This document shows, piece by piece, positions 1 through 13,416 of a stretch of DNA of 64,000 nucleotides. Source of the DNA: Enoplolaimus lenunculus (taxonomy: Eukaryota); NCBI GenBank assembly GCA_030248215.1, contig JASANG010003130.1, positions 434,001-498,000 of the forward strand. Direction: 5' to 3'. How positions within the stretch are numbered: position 1 is the first letter of the stretch; each line of letters opens with the position of its first letter. The position numbers and the translations under genes were made by a program. The notes below the pieces were generated by a model. The model ran no database searches, was not told the DNA's origin, and saw only the letters and a program-made list of their open reading frames with translations.

Positions 1-166
1 CCAGGCAATTTTGTATTGTTTCATGAAAACCAATCTGCCTCAACATAGCGGATTTGATATTCCGTTGTTTATTTCTAACTGAAACCGTAATAGAACGAAA
101 TGTATACACGGTTGTGGTATTGAGAGAGTAGAAACGTTTTAATAAATCGACTGGGGTACGTCTTAG

Positions 167-450
167 GGCCCCATGTAAAGATCAGGGGCGGAACGATTTT
201 TGTGGGATTAGAACAGAGTAAGCGTAAGCTTTAGACTATTTTTTGCATGGCTTAACTTAGGCTTAGGTTTAAGTTTAGGAATAAGCTCATTCGTACGCTT
301 AGGCTTAGGCTTAGGCTTAGGAATATGTTCATTCTTACGCTTAGGCTTAGGCTTAGGAATATGATCATTCTGACGCTTAGGCTTAGGCTTATGTTTTAGG
401 CTTAGGAATATGCTTTTAATACTGTTCCGCTCGTGTTCTTTACATTGGCC
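167..450 (+). mobile_element. TTAGGC-carrying MITE (family A, Merlin-like)
   Basis: TIRs GGCCCCATGTAAAGATCAGGGGCGGAAC ... GTTCCGCTCGTGTTCTTTACATTGGCC enclose degenerate TTAGGC repeats. TSD not recognisable in this copy. Confidence 0.75.
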
Positions 451-601
451 GATGAAGAAAAGAAAAAATGTTCCCTGGAATACTCGGGTGTCTCCATTTG
501 CGTAGGTTGTTTGACAAATGTTTGCTTATATGAGCGGCAAAGCAATTTAAATGTTGAAATCTAACAACTTAAAAAGTGGTGGAAAAATTTAGTTTGGACT
601 T

Positions 602-814
602 GGTCCATGTATAGAACAGGGCCGGATAGTTTTCCGTATTGGCTATATTAGAGTCAGTTTAAGCTTTATACTAATTTTTTTGCTTAGGCTTGCATAGGCT
701 TAGGCTTAGGCTTAGGTTTAGGAATAGGCCCATCCATACGCGTAGGCTTAGGTTTAGGCTTAGGCTTAGGAATATGCTTATACTACTGTTCCGGCCCTGT
801 TCTATACATAGGCC
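602..814 (+). mobile_element. TTAGGC-carrying MITE (family A)
   Basis: ~26-bp TIRs; 8-bp TSD TTGGACTT/CTGGACTT. Confidence 0.85.
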
Positions 815-1930
815 CTGGACTTTACCAAAATAATTCTTCCTTTCAACGCCGGGTCCTCTTAGCACGCCTCCGCCAACTGGCGATTCAGGGTGCGCTAAGT
901 ATGGCTCTTGCCAGATTCACCTAAAATGCGGTTCACGTTTAAACTGGTACAGTAAAATATGGTGTATATTTTGAAACCAGTTGGATATAGTGAAATACTA
1001 AATTGCAATTTCTGTTGTGATATCTGTTTTTATTTTTTATATCCAAAAAATGCCCGCAAACCAATAAGAAAAATTAAAAAATCACAAGAATTATAGCCCA
1101 ATTTGATTTTTGCACAAAATCATAATTCCGGCTGTTATTTTTTAAACGCGAGCGAAATTAGGCTAAAAGTCTATAATACATTATAATCTTATTAATTTAA
1201 CTCCAGACTATGCTTCAATTAGTTTCAAAAATTAATAACGGCATGGCGGACACATTTTAAGAGTGTTCACAGAAACATAATCACAATTTCATTTTGGCAT
1301 GCGAAACCTTTAAATTGATGCATTATACGAGCAAACTTAGCAACCGGGAATAATTGTTTGCCCTCTTTATCCAAACAGTTTATTCTAAAGCCTGTAAAAT
1401 TGTCATTTTGTCGTTTCTCAAGAAACGACAAAGTTTCTGTCGAACCACAAATTTTGACAGAATTAAACGCGTATGCGAAAGGGGCTAACGAGTCAGTGGT
1501 ACCGCGGCTCCCATATCGATAAGCTGCGTCCTGCGGACACCAAATTATTGAAACATTTTTTAACATTTTCCGTCTGTACTTAAAATTAATTTTAATCGCA
1601 TAATTCGGTCCAAAAAGTATACGTATTTCAAGGCTTTAATACGCTACTGTTTAGTACGGATGAGACTTGAAAGTAACAAATTTGAAATGCAAGCAAAATC
1701 TGTAAAAGTCCAAGCACCAGGATACGCAGTGTGCGTGTCCATGGGTGAAAAGGTGATTTTAAATTTAAAAAGAATATTTTGTATATTTGGACTCTAGAAC
1801 CAATAAGGTTCTAAAGCATGTAAAAGTGTACTTTTCACGTCTCTCCAGAAATTTTGGAAATTATAGTATCGTATCATGTCTATGCGCCCATGTGGGTAGC
1901 TAAATTTTCGATTTACACCCTAGCATGATG

Positions 1931-2370
1931 CTGTAGTGACCCGAATAAGGAGGGGAGACTGATACTTATTTGGCCTTTCCAGAGGGTGCCCTTATGTTAT
2001 TCGGTTGCGAACTGTTATTTATTTTTAACCCACGCTCTGCCACCCTTCGTTACTTATATGTAACCGCTATTGCAGGTTTTCGTTGAATTAAAAGTTTCTT
2101 TGTCTTGCGTCAATAGCTTGAGCGATAATGCAAGGTTATACTTAGGAATGTAATTTTAAACTTAAATGCGCTGTAAAGTTTCGAACCCAACTCCGTTTGG
2201 TTCTGGAGTCATTTATACACTACAATTAGAATAACTGGAATTTATGAACTCTAATTAGGGTTTAGGGACTCTATCCGCTTACGGGCTCTTATTAGGGATA
2301 CGGACTCTTATTGATTGGGACTCAAAATGGAGACGTCCTCTTATTATCCCTCTTATTCGGGTCACTACAG
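1931..2370 (+). mobile_element. ~440-bp MITE (family B, TA target, Tc1/mariner-like)
   Basis: TIRs CTGTAGTGACCCGAATAAG ... CTTATTCGGGTCACTACAG; similar copies at 17211, 40411 and 60076. Confidence 0.85.
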
Positions 2371-5300
2371 TATATGGTTTTCATTTTTTCCATTTATAAC
2401 TTTCTCATCAAATCAAACTCACTTTTTAACGAAAGTTAATCAGTACCGGTTGCAATTGCTTGTTTGTACCAAGGTAAAAACCTAATTACTTCATATACGC
2501 ACGCGATTATTCAACCGCCATACTAAAAGACTTCCGGCAATGCCCATCATCCGTCTACAGACGGTGCCACCTCAAAAACAGGAGCGTATACAATATGGCG
2601 TTATAGAGGGGTTTATATTTCATCTCAAAATTTTTGAAGACAAGACAAATGTCAATTTAACAGGTTTTCGAGTATAACCTTCGCAATTGTGGAGATCAAA
2701 AATATGTTCATTTGCATACCATTCGGACCTGCAATCCTGGTTATTCCAGAGGAGAATTACCAGAATAGCAATTCGAGAAGGAATAACCTTATGTAAAAAT
2801 TGTTTCTGATCTGAACAATCCAAAACGATACTCTGAAGCCTTATTAAAGTGCTTATTTTCATGTGTCTCCATAAATTTCTGTAGGAGATATATCCATCCC
2901 CTCTATCCATTTCGTTATATGCGCCCAAATTCAAAAACAAACGATGACGGTCAAAAAAACCGTAAACGGAACATAAATATACCGGCTATTCAGTGCCTGG
3001 ATGTACCCTGAACCAGTTTAACGCATGCATCAATTTCTTCAATAACAGCATTATATATATAATATATATATTTATATATAATATATATATATATTTCGTG
3101 CGGACAGAGTCTAAACCGTAAAAATCCCACGGTTCATTAATGGACTACAGTCGCCTATCACCGCAAAGCGAATCTTGTTTGTTTTAAAACATTCAACAAT
3201 AAAATGTTTATTCCAGCATGCGACTTAACAAAATTAAAGAATACAATGACTTACAGCAAAAAGAAATGCCGTTGTTTATAGAAAAACCATTCCGTTTGCT
3301 TCTACAATTTTACTTCAAATTAAAACTGACATTTTGATGAACGTAAAATTGATCACATTACATTTTCATAGACTGTTTGTTTACCCAGTTAAACCCGTAA
3401 GGCTAGGGCATCTCCAAGGGTGGCATTGGGGTCTGCGCCCCACCAAATTTGGCTGGTGTCCCCCAAACAGACACGGTCTAAAAGTTACAATCTAGAATTG
3501 CAATAGTATGAGGCCCCAAAATTATTCGGTGCCCTTCCCAAATAGAATTTTCTGCGGACGGTCCTGCATATAGGCAGCGATTGGCATGTGCATGGGTGTG
3601 CAACTGCCTTTGTCTTAAGGTGTGACTGTGCTGTTCGCTAAGCTATTTTCTATGAGTGTATGTAAAGGCAAAAATATTACGTATGATGCCACACTTTCAT
3701 CTATCATACGTTTTGCTCAAAAATCCCACTTACCCACCTATATCCAATATTCTGGCTTTCAAGTATTTTAAACTAGCGAGCCATTTTAAATTGGTTCCAA
3801 TTTAAGTAAATGTTTATTAATTAAACCCGGAAATTAACCCGAAGCGCAAATTTTGATCCAAAACAAATATTGCTGGGAAGTAATGAATAAATCTTTTTCA
3901 GCAAGCTGTAAATACACCAGTTTGACTGCAGAAAAAACCAAGCTCTTATAATACTCCACCACCACTTAAGCGTTTAAGCTTAGGCTTAGGTTCATGATTA
4001 GGACAAGGCTTATTTTTTGCTAAGCATAACTATAATCCTTAACCTAAGCCAAAGCTTTACAGGTGGGACTACTTGCCGTTTTTCCATTAGTAGATGACAC
4101 TGTCGATTGCCGGTGTGAAATTCCGCACAGCGGTAAAAATTAAAGTAAACCACGCATTGTGACCTAAAATGTGGAGAAAACGTACAAAACCCAAAGACCC
4201 ATTAGGTTCAAAACACAAAACATTATACTTAAACTTTAGAGCTTGCGTCAAATTGGCCCGTAAACAGCTCACCTTACTAGGGGGGCTGATAAATTTTCAG
4301 GACGGACATACAAGCGTTTTCGAAGACTTACAAGCAAGGTTGAATATTTTCTAGGCGGAGCTAAACTTTTCCACAGGGTTTGAAACATCCTCGTCTTATT
4401 CAGGCAACGAGACCGCACCAAAATGCATTCAAGCGTGGCGCAATCTCAGTTTTCAACTCGGCCACTAAATTTGTATTACATGTATGCACGTTTTCTGCAA
4501 TTGGATTCGTCCCAAGCGTACAATTGAACTGTCACAAATCGCAGCAAATTTAAATTCAAAACATTGATTTGACCTGTGGGAAAATGCTAAATTTGACCAG
4601 ACACAGCCCAGATATGATCCTTCGAGGTTTTTGTCCGCGACAAGGGACGGGAATACAAAGAGCCCCTTCGGCGTTTTTACTAACAACTTTTTTCGACAAG
4701 GTTAGGACCCGTGGTCAGTCCACAGCATTCCTGGAAAAATTTTGCCTCCCCCATGAAATTTTCAACCTTGCTTGTAAGTCATCAAAAACCCTTGTATGCC
4801 TCTCCTGAAACATGTTTACACCCTCTAGCCCAGTGAACTACCTACGGCTCTAAAACTTTTGTGTAAGGAATCGTCTTGTTTCCTTTAGAAATATTTTTGC
4901 CCCCTCTACAAACAATTCCTAGTGAGGAAGCTGTCTGTAACACTTGAAAGTTTTGTCCACCCACGGCAGGTAACTTTCAAATCACTCATGTAACGCCCAG
5001 ATATTAATGATAAACGAAACTATGTAAGTAGCATAGGAGGGGCAGATCGAAATGCCCCTTCTGCATTACTTACGTAAGTACGTTAATTTTAAATACACGT
5101 GAGCCAACTTAATGGCAAATTTTGACTCATCAAAAATCGATAAATAGTAAAGGATGGCAGTATATACTTTTTGACCATCTTAATATCTTCAGGCGTTGTC
5201 CGCCTCTGAGCGACACCGTATGTTAATTGCCGTACGGCGACGCAAAGGATCAGGTTTAGATGAATCTATTAATTATGATACTTCGTTTAAAAATTAAATT

Positions 5301-5411
5301 TGAATTTAAACAATTTGTTTGATGAAGTATTTATAAATTCGACACAACCATGAATTAGCCTTGATTTTCATAAAAACAAATTTTTTGTAAGGAATTTCTA
5401 GAAGTTCACTG

Positions 5412-5621
5412 GGCCAATGTAAAGATCAGGGGCGGAACAGTGTTACATGCAAACTTACTGCTATACCTAAGCATAAGCCTAAACCTAAGCCTAAGCGTAA
5501 GAATGAGCGTATTTCTAAGCGTAAGCCTAACCCTAAACCAAGAAAAAAATAATCTAAAGCTTAAGCGTACTCTATTGCAGTCCCACATCAAAGCGTTCCG
5601 CCCTTGATCTTTACATGGGCC
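5412..5621 (-). mobile_element. TTAGGC-carrying MITE (family A)
   Basis: TIRs GGCCAATGTAAAGATCAGGGGCGGAAC ... GTTCCGCCCTTGATCTTTACATGGGCC; perfect 8-bp TSD GTTCACTG. Confidence 0.9.
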
Positions 5622-6371
5622 GTTCACTGTAACTATTTCGTGCGCGTTAAGCCAGGAGGGGGCCAGGAGAGGCTTAGCCCCCATAAAGAAACTTAGCCCT
5701 CCCCCTAGAAAATTCTCAACCTTGTTTGTAAGTCATAGAAAACACTGGTATGCCCATACTGAAAATTTTTAGCCGTCCCCCAGCAAATTAAACTGGCTAC
5801 GGGCCTGAAGCTTTATATTGTAAAAGCAAAACACCAACTGACAACTAAATTTATAGCTGAACCACAGTGACTTTAATCATAAAGGTAATCGTTTCAGGAA
5901 TTAAAATGAATTTTATTTACAATTGGTTGAATGAATAAGGGCAATCGTAAACAAATGACACGGTAGCCGTATAAATTTTGACCCAAAAAAATGTATACAT
6001 CCAGTACCGGCGTACGCTAGGGTGGATGCCCCCAAAAATTTTGGGGTGGAAGCATTTACGATAATTAAAATATTTTTCAATTTTTTTGTTTAACACCTTG
6101 TTAAGGTAGAAGTCCTTCTTGTGACGCGGTGGTGCTCCCCAAATGGAGGTACGGGGGTGTGGCTGTTCCAGCACTGTATACATCCTGGCCATTAAAGGTA
6201 CCGAAAAACGTTTGTTTTTGCTACGCTCAAAATCATCATAAAGCCATTTATACAAAGGTAACTATTGCATCGGTAAGGTTTATAGTACCTGATGCATAAA
6301 CACCGTGCGTTTTGCTAATAAATTCATCTCGAATTGCTCAAATCAGTCGCCATGGCTGGAATCTATTTTAA

Positions 6372-6631
6372 CCCTTTCTCACATGAATATTTTCTATCCC
6401 TGAGACCTACTTTTATGCTAGGATTCGAACTCCAGTGACTGGAGTGGCAGGCGTATACCATCACCACTCAGCTATAGGAGCTTGACGCTCGAGCCCAAGG
6501 GGGCTCTCACGCCTTGTGGTGATTTAGTACTATGTATACGTGTTGCAATTGTTAAACACAGTACGATATATACTATTTAACGCATATACACTGCGCTGAG
6601 TTGCCTACAGGCAACTCAATGTGAGAAGGGG
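6372..6631 (+). mobile_element. piggyBac-like MITE containing a tRNA-like A/B-box segment
   Basis: TTAA|CCCTTTCTCACAT ... ATGTGAGAAGGGG|TTAA; minus-strand TAGCTGAGTGGT ... GTTCGAATCC inside. Confidence 0.8.
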
Positions 6632-8443
6632 TTAAATTAGTTTGTCAAAAGTGAGCGCTGCAGTTCATATAGTTCAGTTCTGTGCTTAGCATATATACTA
6701 GCGCATCCAGAGGTGAGCGTCTCAAAAAATTGACACATACGTGAATATAGCATACTCATAGCACTTGCCAGCACGTCCATCCAGGCAGAAATTTTTGGAT
6801 CCGTCGCTTTCTTATCACGCAAGACAAGCCTTGAATGGGAGAGTCCCTTGCGCCTAAGGAATCCTCACAAATTTCAAGCTACCTAATTGTAGCATTAAAG
6901 TTTTAACTTGACGTTCGATATGAAAAATCTGCTTTTTTTCGATCGCAGAACTCTCAGAAAGATAATCATGATGTATTCAGATTGAAAAATTTTCAACATT
7001 TCGCAATTTTATTGAACCTCACGTTCACTTCTAGGATCCCATCTCTCAAAACAACCACTCCGTTGTCTGACATTTGTTAAGGCGTCAGACCGCAAACCAC
7101 CTGGTTTAAACGATCAAAGTCTGTACGACACAGATACTGGCTCATACAGGTGTTGGCTGGTTACACTCGGTGAATGATCAATCTTCAACAAGAGTGTCCA
7201 ACTACCGAAATTTATGTAGGAATATGTATCACGAAGTGTTACGTTTTTGCCTGACACCCCCCGTATTTCGGGTGGTCGCTATTAAATACAATACCCCTAG
7301 ATTAAGCTGTAATCGTAGCATTTTTGATGCCGTATACATACAGTGCCATGGTTTGCAACAAGTTGTACTCCCTAAATAACGGGGGTGCATTAAAAATTAC
7401 AACGCACGCCGGGTACTTTTTTCCTGCACAGAATGTAACCAGTTGCATACTCTTGGTGAAGTATACATCATCCATTCTTGATTCAATGAACCATATCACG
7501 GTCTCTTTACTGTTTTGGTTTGCGTGAAAAATACTCCCTAATATTGGTATCATATTAAGGTTCCGAAAAACAACTATTTAATTGTACTTAAATAATGAAC
7601 CATTAACAAAAAAATTAACAATAAGTCAAGTTAAAATAAAGCAGAAAAACTTAAATTCTCCTCTCAACCCCAACTAAATAAAGCATGGAGTTTTTGTTGT
7701 TTCAATACTCGCTCAATACCTTAGCTAATAGCGTATGTTTTGCACCTTAACTCTTAAAGGTTTGACGCTGGTAAAAAGTGTCAATTTTTCACCCGCGTGA
7801 TACAAATCTCTACCCGCGGGTATAAAACTTCGCCGGTTTTTGTTTCAACCGGTTAGGGTGAGGGCCAGTTTAGCCCCTTCCCAAATGAGGGTATGGGGGT
7901 GGCTGCTGCAGCCCTGGGTATACCCGTGGCTGAAAATTTTTACCCGACCCGCGTCTACCCGTGGGTAATTTACCACTCTGAACCAGACCGCAATCTGAAA
8001 CACAGCTAAACGATTGTCTGGTTGTTACCAGTTCTGATGTCTATTCAGAGCAATAGGATTGTACTCCAGTCTAGGCAAGTAATCGATGTGTTGACGTATA
8101 ATTTCCCATCACCCATTGAGGTTTAATATATTTTGCTGGTGTGTAGTGCCAGCCGTTGCGCATTGTAATCACAGCTTGATGTCGCTATGTTGTGTGGATG
8201 TCTGTGCTGAAAGAATTGCGTTTTAGTGTTGCTGTAACCAACGCCAATTCAAGCCTTATAGAAATTTGTGCCAGCCAAAATTAGTGACGCAGTCAGGATT
8301 TCAATTGGGGATGATATAACTAAAAGTTAAAAATGTTCAGGCAGTATGTTAACTCAAAAATAGCTCGCAAAATTTCCGGGCGAACGTATGGAGTCTGTAT
8401 TGCTGAGGAAATAAGTGAAAAGTAACATATTTTGTATAGCTGG

Positions 8444-8590
8444 AGTAGAACAGGGCCGGAACGTTTTCTGGCAGGACTATAATAGTAGTAAGCCTAAGCT
8501 TTATACTAACTTTTTGCTTAGGCTTAAGGTTAGGCTTAGGCTTAGGAATATGCTTATACTACTGTTCCGGACCTGTTCTATACATTGGCC
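8444..8590 (+). mobile_element. TTAGGC-carrying MITE (family A), 5'-eroded
   Basis: Partial left TIR, TTAGGC core and intact right TIR ...CTGTTCTATACATTGGCC. Confidence 0.75.
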
Positions 8591-8759
8591 GCGCAAACAC
8601 GCACAAATTTGAAGACAAATATCTATCATTCACACGTTCATAAAACAAGCTATATAAGGTTTGTTCGTTGAAAATAAATTATAGACGGTTAGTATATCTT
8701 TCATATAGGAATTCTACGTTAAGCAGTACCATACAGAGCCCTTCACGCAAATTTTGCTG

Positions 8760-8833
8760 CGGATGCGGTGGGACTCGAACCTACGACGTACGAATTACCG
8801 TTCCGCTGCTCTAACCACAGAGTTAACGTTTCA
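8760..8833 (-). pseudogene. tRNA pseudogene or tRNA-derived SINE head (anticodon position GGT, Thr-like)
   Basis: Minus strand: D-arm region ..CTCTGTGGTTAGAGC, anticodon arm GCGGA-ACGGTAA-TTCGT, T-arm GTAGG-TTCGAGT-CCCAC. The acceptor stem has 3 mismatches and the anticodon loop lacks U33. Confidence 0.65.
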
Positions 8834-10515
8834 TTGAATTCCTACGCGTCCATATTTACTACTTCCGCCAGTTATCCGGATATAACATCGCTGAACAACC
8901 ATTTTTAATACTTCTGAGCCAATCAAAGATCCAGAAATGAAACCATACAGGGGATTCCCACAATACGTGTCTTAAGCGGGTACAACCATCAATAAAAAAT
9001 TTTATACAGAAAACAGTTGTGAGAAAAATTCTATTTTGGAGAGAATCAATTTGACTCACCATTTTTTGCAGTGCAGGGGTTTCGATGACCCTGCATGTAT
9101 ATTTTAAAAATTTTCCGGAGCGGGGCAAACTTCTTCCATTTGAGGTGGCCTGCTCCCCCATGGCTCCCTCTAGCTACGTGCTCGTGCATATCTGAGATGG
9201 AATTTGGTCGTCGCATGACATTCACCTATTCCTTGAATGAAAAAGCGGCGTACAAAAAAGTATTCGTTAAACGATAAACCATTTTATATATTCAAACTAT
9301 CGAAATTAATTTCAGCTTACTTTGAAGTTAAAACAATCAAATACAATACATAAGTCATCTTCTATATTTTGGCCTCATATATCGCAGCCCGATACGCAAG
9401 GGGCCGCAACATATGCCCTGCGTCTCTCGATGCCGCTTTTGGGGGTTCCACACATGTGTCTCTTGCATGTGACCCACATATTGGGGTCAAATTAAACGCA
9501 GACTAATTAAACGTCGCCCACAGTACCATGATAATATGCTCATGCGATCAATATATACATATATTATATATATATTACATATGTAATATATATATATGTA
9601 TTAATTCTTCCCTTCGAAACCTCATCACTTGCTGTACCACACAAATCTGTATAAAACCTGAAGTATTATCTACCCTCAGAGCGACTGTTTTATGGCAAAT
9701 ATAAGCTTACACATGGATCCACAAAACACAACCAATGCAGTGGCCCGTAGCCAGGTCACCTTGCTAGGAGGTAAAGATTTTTCAGACGAGACATACAAGG
9801 GTTTTTGTTGACTTACAAGCAAGGTGGCAAATTTTCAAGGAGGGCCTAAAATTTTGCCTGGGGGGACGCTGAGCTTCCATGCCGTCCTTGGATACGGTCG
9901 TGCCAATGCACCCACGTATTGGTTCATTACGGTATCGTTCAATATAGATACTGATAGGTGGAGTTATGCGTACAACGAAAACCGTCATTTCTATGGCGCA
10001 TATGCTGTACATATATGCTTGTAGCCGCAGCTAAACATGCTAGTTGGGGCCAAAAAATTTTAACAGGGGCCTACTGGAATTTTGTATGTCTGATAAAAAT
10101 GGAACAAAATTTTCTACAGGGGCTACGCCTTACTTATGGTCGTTTCGGGATACGGTTCAAAATAGCGCAAAGGGCTATATATGGACTAGCGGAACATATA
10201 TCGATTCCACAGATCAAAATTTTAGCGTAATTGATACAAAGTACGTAGAAATTTTTTGGAATAAACCCCTACTTGGGATTTTGCGCTTTTGAAACAAAAT
10301 TCTAACTGCTCCCCCTGTTTAGACTGCATATTTCATATTATTTGCTGTCCTTAAAACGGGGTTGATTTCAATAGAATCAGTGAGGCTGAGGTTAATCTTT
10401 TCAACTTTGGCCGAGATTATAAGATTGTGTACAGAATATTCACGAGGTGACACGACTGAAAACATTTCACCGAGCTGAGGTTTGTGTGATTGTTAAATTC
10501 AAAACAAGATAAGAA

Positions 10516-10683
10516 CAAGGGCGTCCACACGGGGGCACTGGAGGGCCGTTTCCCCCACACCCAATTGGGCTGGTGCCTCACCAAATTGAACTCGATCTAA
10601 CATTAAGCAATCTTGAATTGCAATTTTAGGCCCCCTCAAAATTATTCGGTGCCCCCAAACATAATTTTCTGCACACGCCCGTG
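10516..10683 (+). mobile_element. ~165-bp dispersed element (other copies at ~3404-3566 and, inverted, ~12688-12850)
   Basis: Shared GGCTGGTG ... GAATTGCAAT..GGCCCC..AAAATTATTCGGTGCCC ... AATTTTCTGC core. Confidence 0.65.
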
Positions 10684-11540
10684 GATAACAGTGTCTTGAC
10701 TTCAGAAGCGTTTAACAGCACAAAAAGGATGCACTTTGCCAAAATATGGAACCTGAACTCGTCTGAGGCACACACACAGTTCCTAGCTTGGATCTCCCCA
10801 TACCCCCAAATTGGGAAGGCAACCACCCACCCAAGAAGGCCCTCAGAAAATTTCAAACTATGGAATTACTTTATTTGTACTTTAACAATTACGTTGTCCG
10901 AAATTTCATACTTTACCTGCGATCACCCTTGTTTGAAGTCTACGTGTTCACATAAGACTTAAGATAGAAGCGTACTTATCTAGGCAAGTCTGAGGGAGGA
11001 CACATTGTATCAGGCAAATTTATAAAATTGCGCTGGGGGACAGTTCTTATGTGGGGCGTTTTTACCGTGACCCCCGGAACTCTGTCAATTTGTTTCACCA
11101 TTTTAGAATAGACGTCCATATTTTGGTAGGAGGTAGCTCAAATCAAGGTATTTGGGTTGTCCAATTCTAACCCTACGTTGAAGCATGCTACATAGCGCTA
11201 GTAAAAATGAAAAATGACTACTAAAGAGCAATATTTTACAGGGAAATTAGCAGCTTATGTCAAATACTCGTTCAGAACATATGCATTCAAACACTCATAT
11301 TGGTAATCCATTGTGAAAAAATAAATATTTACACATTGAAATGATAAACTTATCGCATGTTTTCGACAAAAAATACACACAGCACACAATTGAGGATAGT
11401 ACGAGTGCTCTCACTTGTCCAATAGAACTCGAGCGATAAAAATTCTCTGAAACATGACAACTGTGCGTTTAATATCAACAGTGAAAATATTGTTGTTTTG
11501 ATGACAATTTCAAATATATTACTTTTTCGTCCCGGTTTAA

Positions 11541-11803
11541 CCCTTTCTCAAATGAATATTTTCAATTTCATATGATATGTAATTTCAAGGTAAGATTCGA
11601 TCCACAGTCTCACGAGTGGGAGGCGTTTACGATGACCACTGAGCTATAGGAGCTTGACGCTCGAGCCCGAGTAGGATCTCACGTCTTGTGGAGATTTTGC
11701 ACTGCGCATATATGTTTTAAATGTTAAACACTGCTCACAGTGTGTGTATTGCTCGTACATTATTGTATTTAGTTGCTCATAGTATACTCTATAATTGAAA
11801 GGG
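11541..11803 (+). mobile_element. piggyBac-like MITE, second copy
   Basis: TTAA|CCCTTTC ... GAAAGGG|TTAA; shares the internal AGCTATAGGAGCTTGACGCTCGAGCCC with 6372-6631. Confidence 0.8.
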
Positions 11804-13073
11804 TTAAAGTTCAAAAATTTCGAATATTCAATACGCAGATAAATTGTTAACGAAATGTACCTACTGTCACGTATCGAGATATTTCAGACGCTCACTGCTC
11901 GTGAGCGAAGCGAGCGACAAACCAAACGCAATTTTAGCACTGCTTTTTAACATCAAATTTAGGTTTTGACCGTTATTTGAAGGGTCTAGACGTGGGTGCT
12001 CCCGTAGGATCCGTCAGTGAACCTGCCATTATGAAAGAAAGATTGAGGAAAATAGAACAATTTAACTTATTAAAACTTTTCTAGTTTCACTAACACAAGT
12101 CACCTTGATAGGGGGGCTAACTTTTTCTGAAAATTTTTTAGGGGGAGCGAAAAATTCCTTTACGGCGGCTGAGCCCCTCCACTGGCCCCCTTGGCTACGG
12201 GCTCAGATCGACCGATCGTTATAATTTTTAACAAACAACACAAAATGGGTTAGACTTTAGGAAGCGCATTTAAAGAAACTTAAAAACTCCCTATCTTACT
12301 GGCTATACGGTACCAAAATAAAGGCCATTATGACAATGTCCTTAACTTTTATCTAGTCGTTGTCTGCGGTGGTCATAAATAAACGACACCAACTTAAATC
12401 TGGACCCAGTTTACCCCTTGAGAGCGATCAATAATCGTTGCTTTTAAGCTCTAACCCGGCTGCAGTATAAATGGTAAAGAAGCTAAAAGCAAAAGACAGG
12501 AAGCGTTTTATAGCTGATGTCATCCAGACTCACTGAGAGACTAAATGTTATATGAAGCCTCTACTCTTCTTCAGTCTAAATTGTTGTCGACAAAAAAATG
12601 ATAACCAATCACGTATTTATGTCTTTTAATTTGAAGGAGTCAACGCAACCAGGAGTTTACAGTAAAGGCATAGTTTGATGACTATGCTCAGTGGCGTCTG
12701 CATAAAACTATGTTTGAGGGGGCACAGTTTGGGGTGCACCTACAATTTTCAACTCAAGATTGTTTACATTTAGAGCGAGTCAATTTCGAGGGCGCCAGCC
12801 AAATTTGGGGGGGAATGGTCCCCCAATGCTCCTCGTGGAGGCTTCCGTGGCTATGGTAACGGAAAGCTTGACACAATTTTAAAATTCATGTATCCATATG
12901 AAGAATTTAAGTTTTGTGTAAGTCCAAAAAGTTGACTCAATTGTCCCCAAATACGCCTTTAAAACTATGAGAAAATCGCGTAGAATAAAGCGAGCGAGAA
13001 GACAGACGTTTCAGTATCAACTTTGCAACTGTCGCAAAACGTTTCTTGGTTCGTGAAAATTTACTCAACTGAG

Positions 13074-13416
13074 AGTTGAATTAAACTGAATCCAACCAGT
13101 TTCTTATACGCAGAATAATTTTCTTAAACTTTTAAATCCTAACTTTTGATGTAAAACTTACTTAACTGACAGTTGAATTAAATTGAATCCAACCAGTTTC
13201 TTATACGCTGAATTATTTTCTTAAACTTTAAATCCTAACTTTTGATATAAAACTTACTTAACTGACAGTTGAATTAAACTGAATCCAACCAGTTTCTTAT
13301 ACGCTGAATTATTTTCTTAAACTTTAAATCCTAACTTTTGATGTAAAACTTACTTAACTGACAGTTGAATTAAACTGAATCCAACCAGTTTCTTATACGT
13401 TAAATTATTTTCTTAA
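13074..13416 (+). repeat. 96-bp tandem repeat, ~3.5 copies
   Basis: AGTTGAATTAAA.TGAATCCAACCAGTTTCTTATACG recurs at 13074, 13171, 13267 and 13363. Confidence 0.95.

Noticed and set aside
250..410. True telomere or chromosome end
   Set aside because: TTAGGC tracts are short, degenerate, in both orientations and enclosed by TIRs, with TSDs in several copies, so they are interstitial.
13074..13416. CRISPR-like array (also considered for 41661-42184)
   Set aside because: Units are head-to-tail with no unique spacers, the context is eukaryotic and there are no cas genes.
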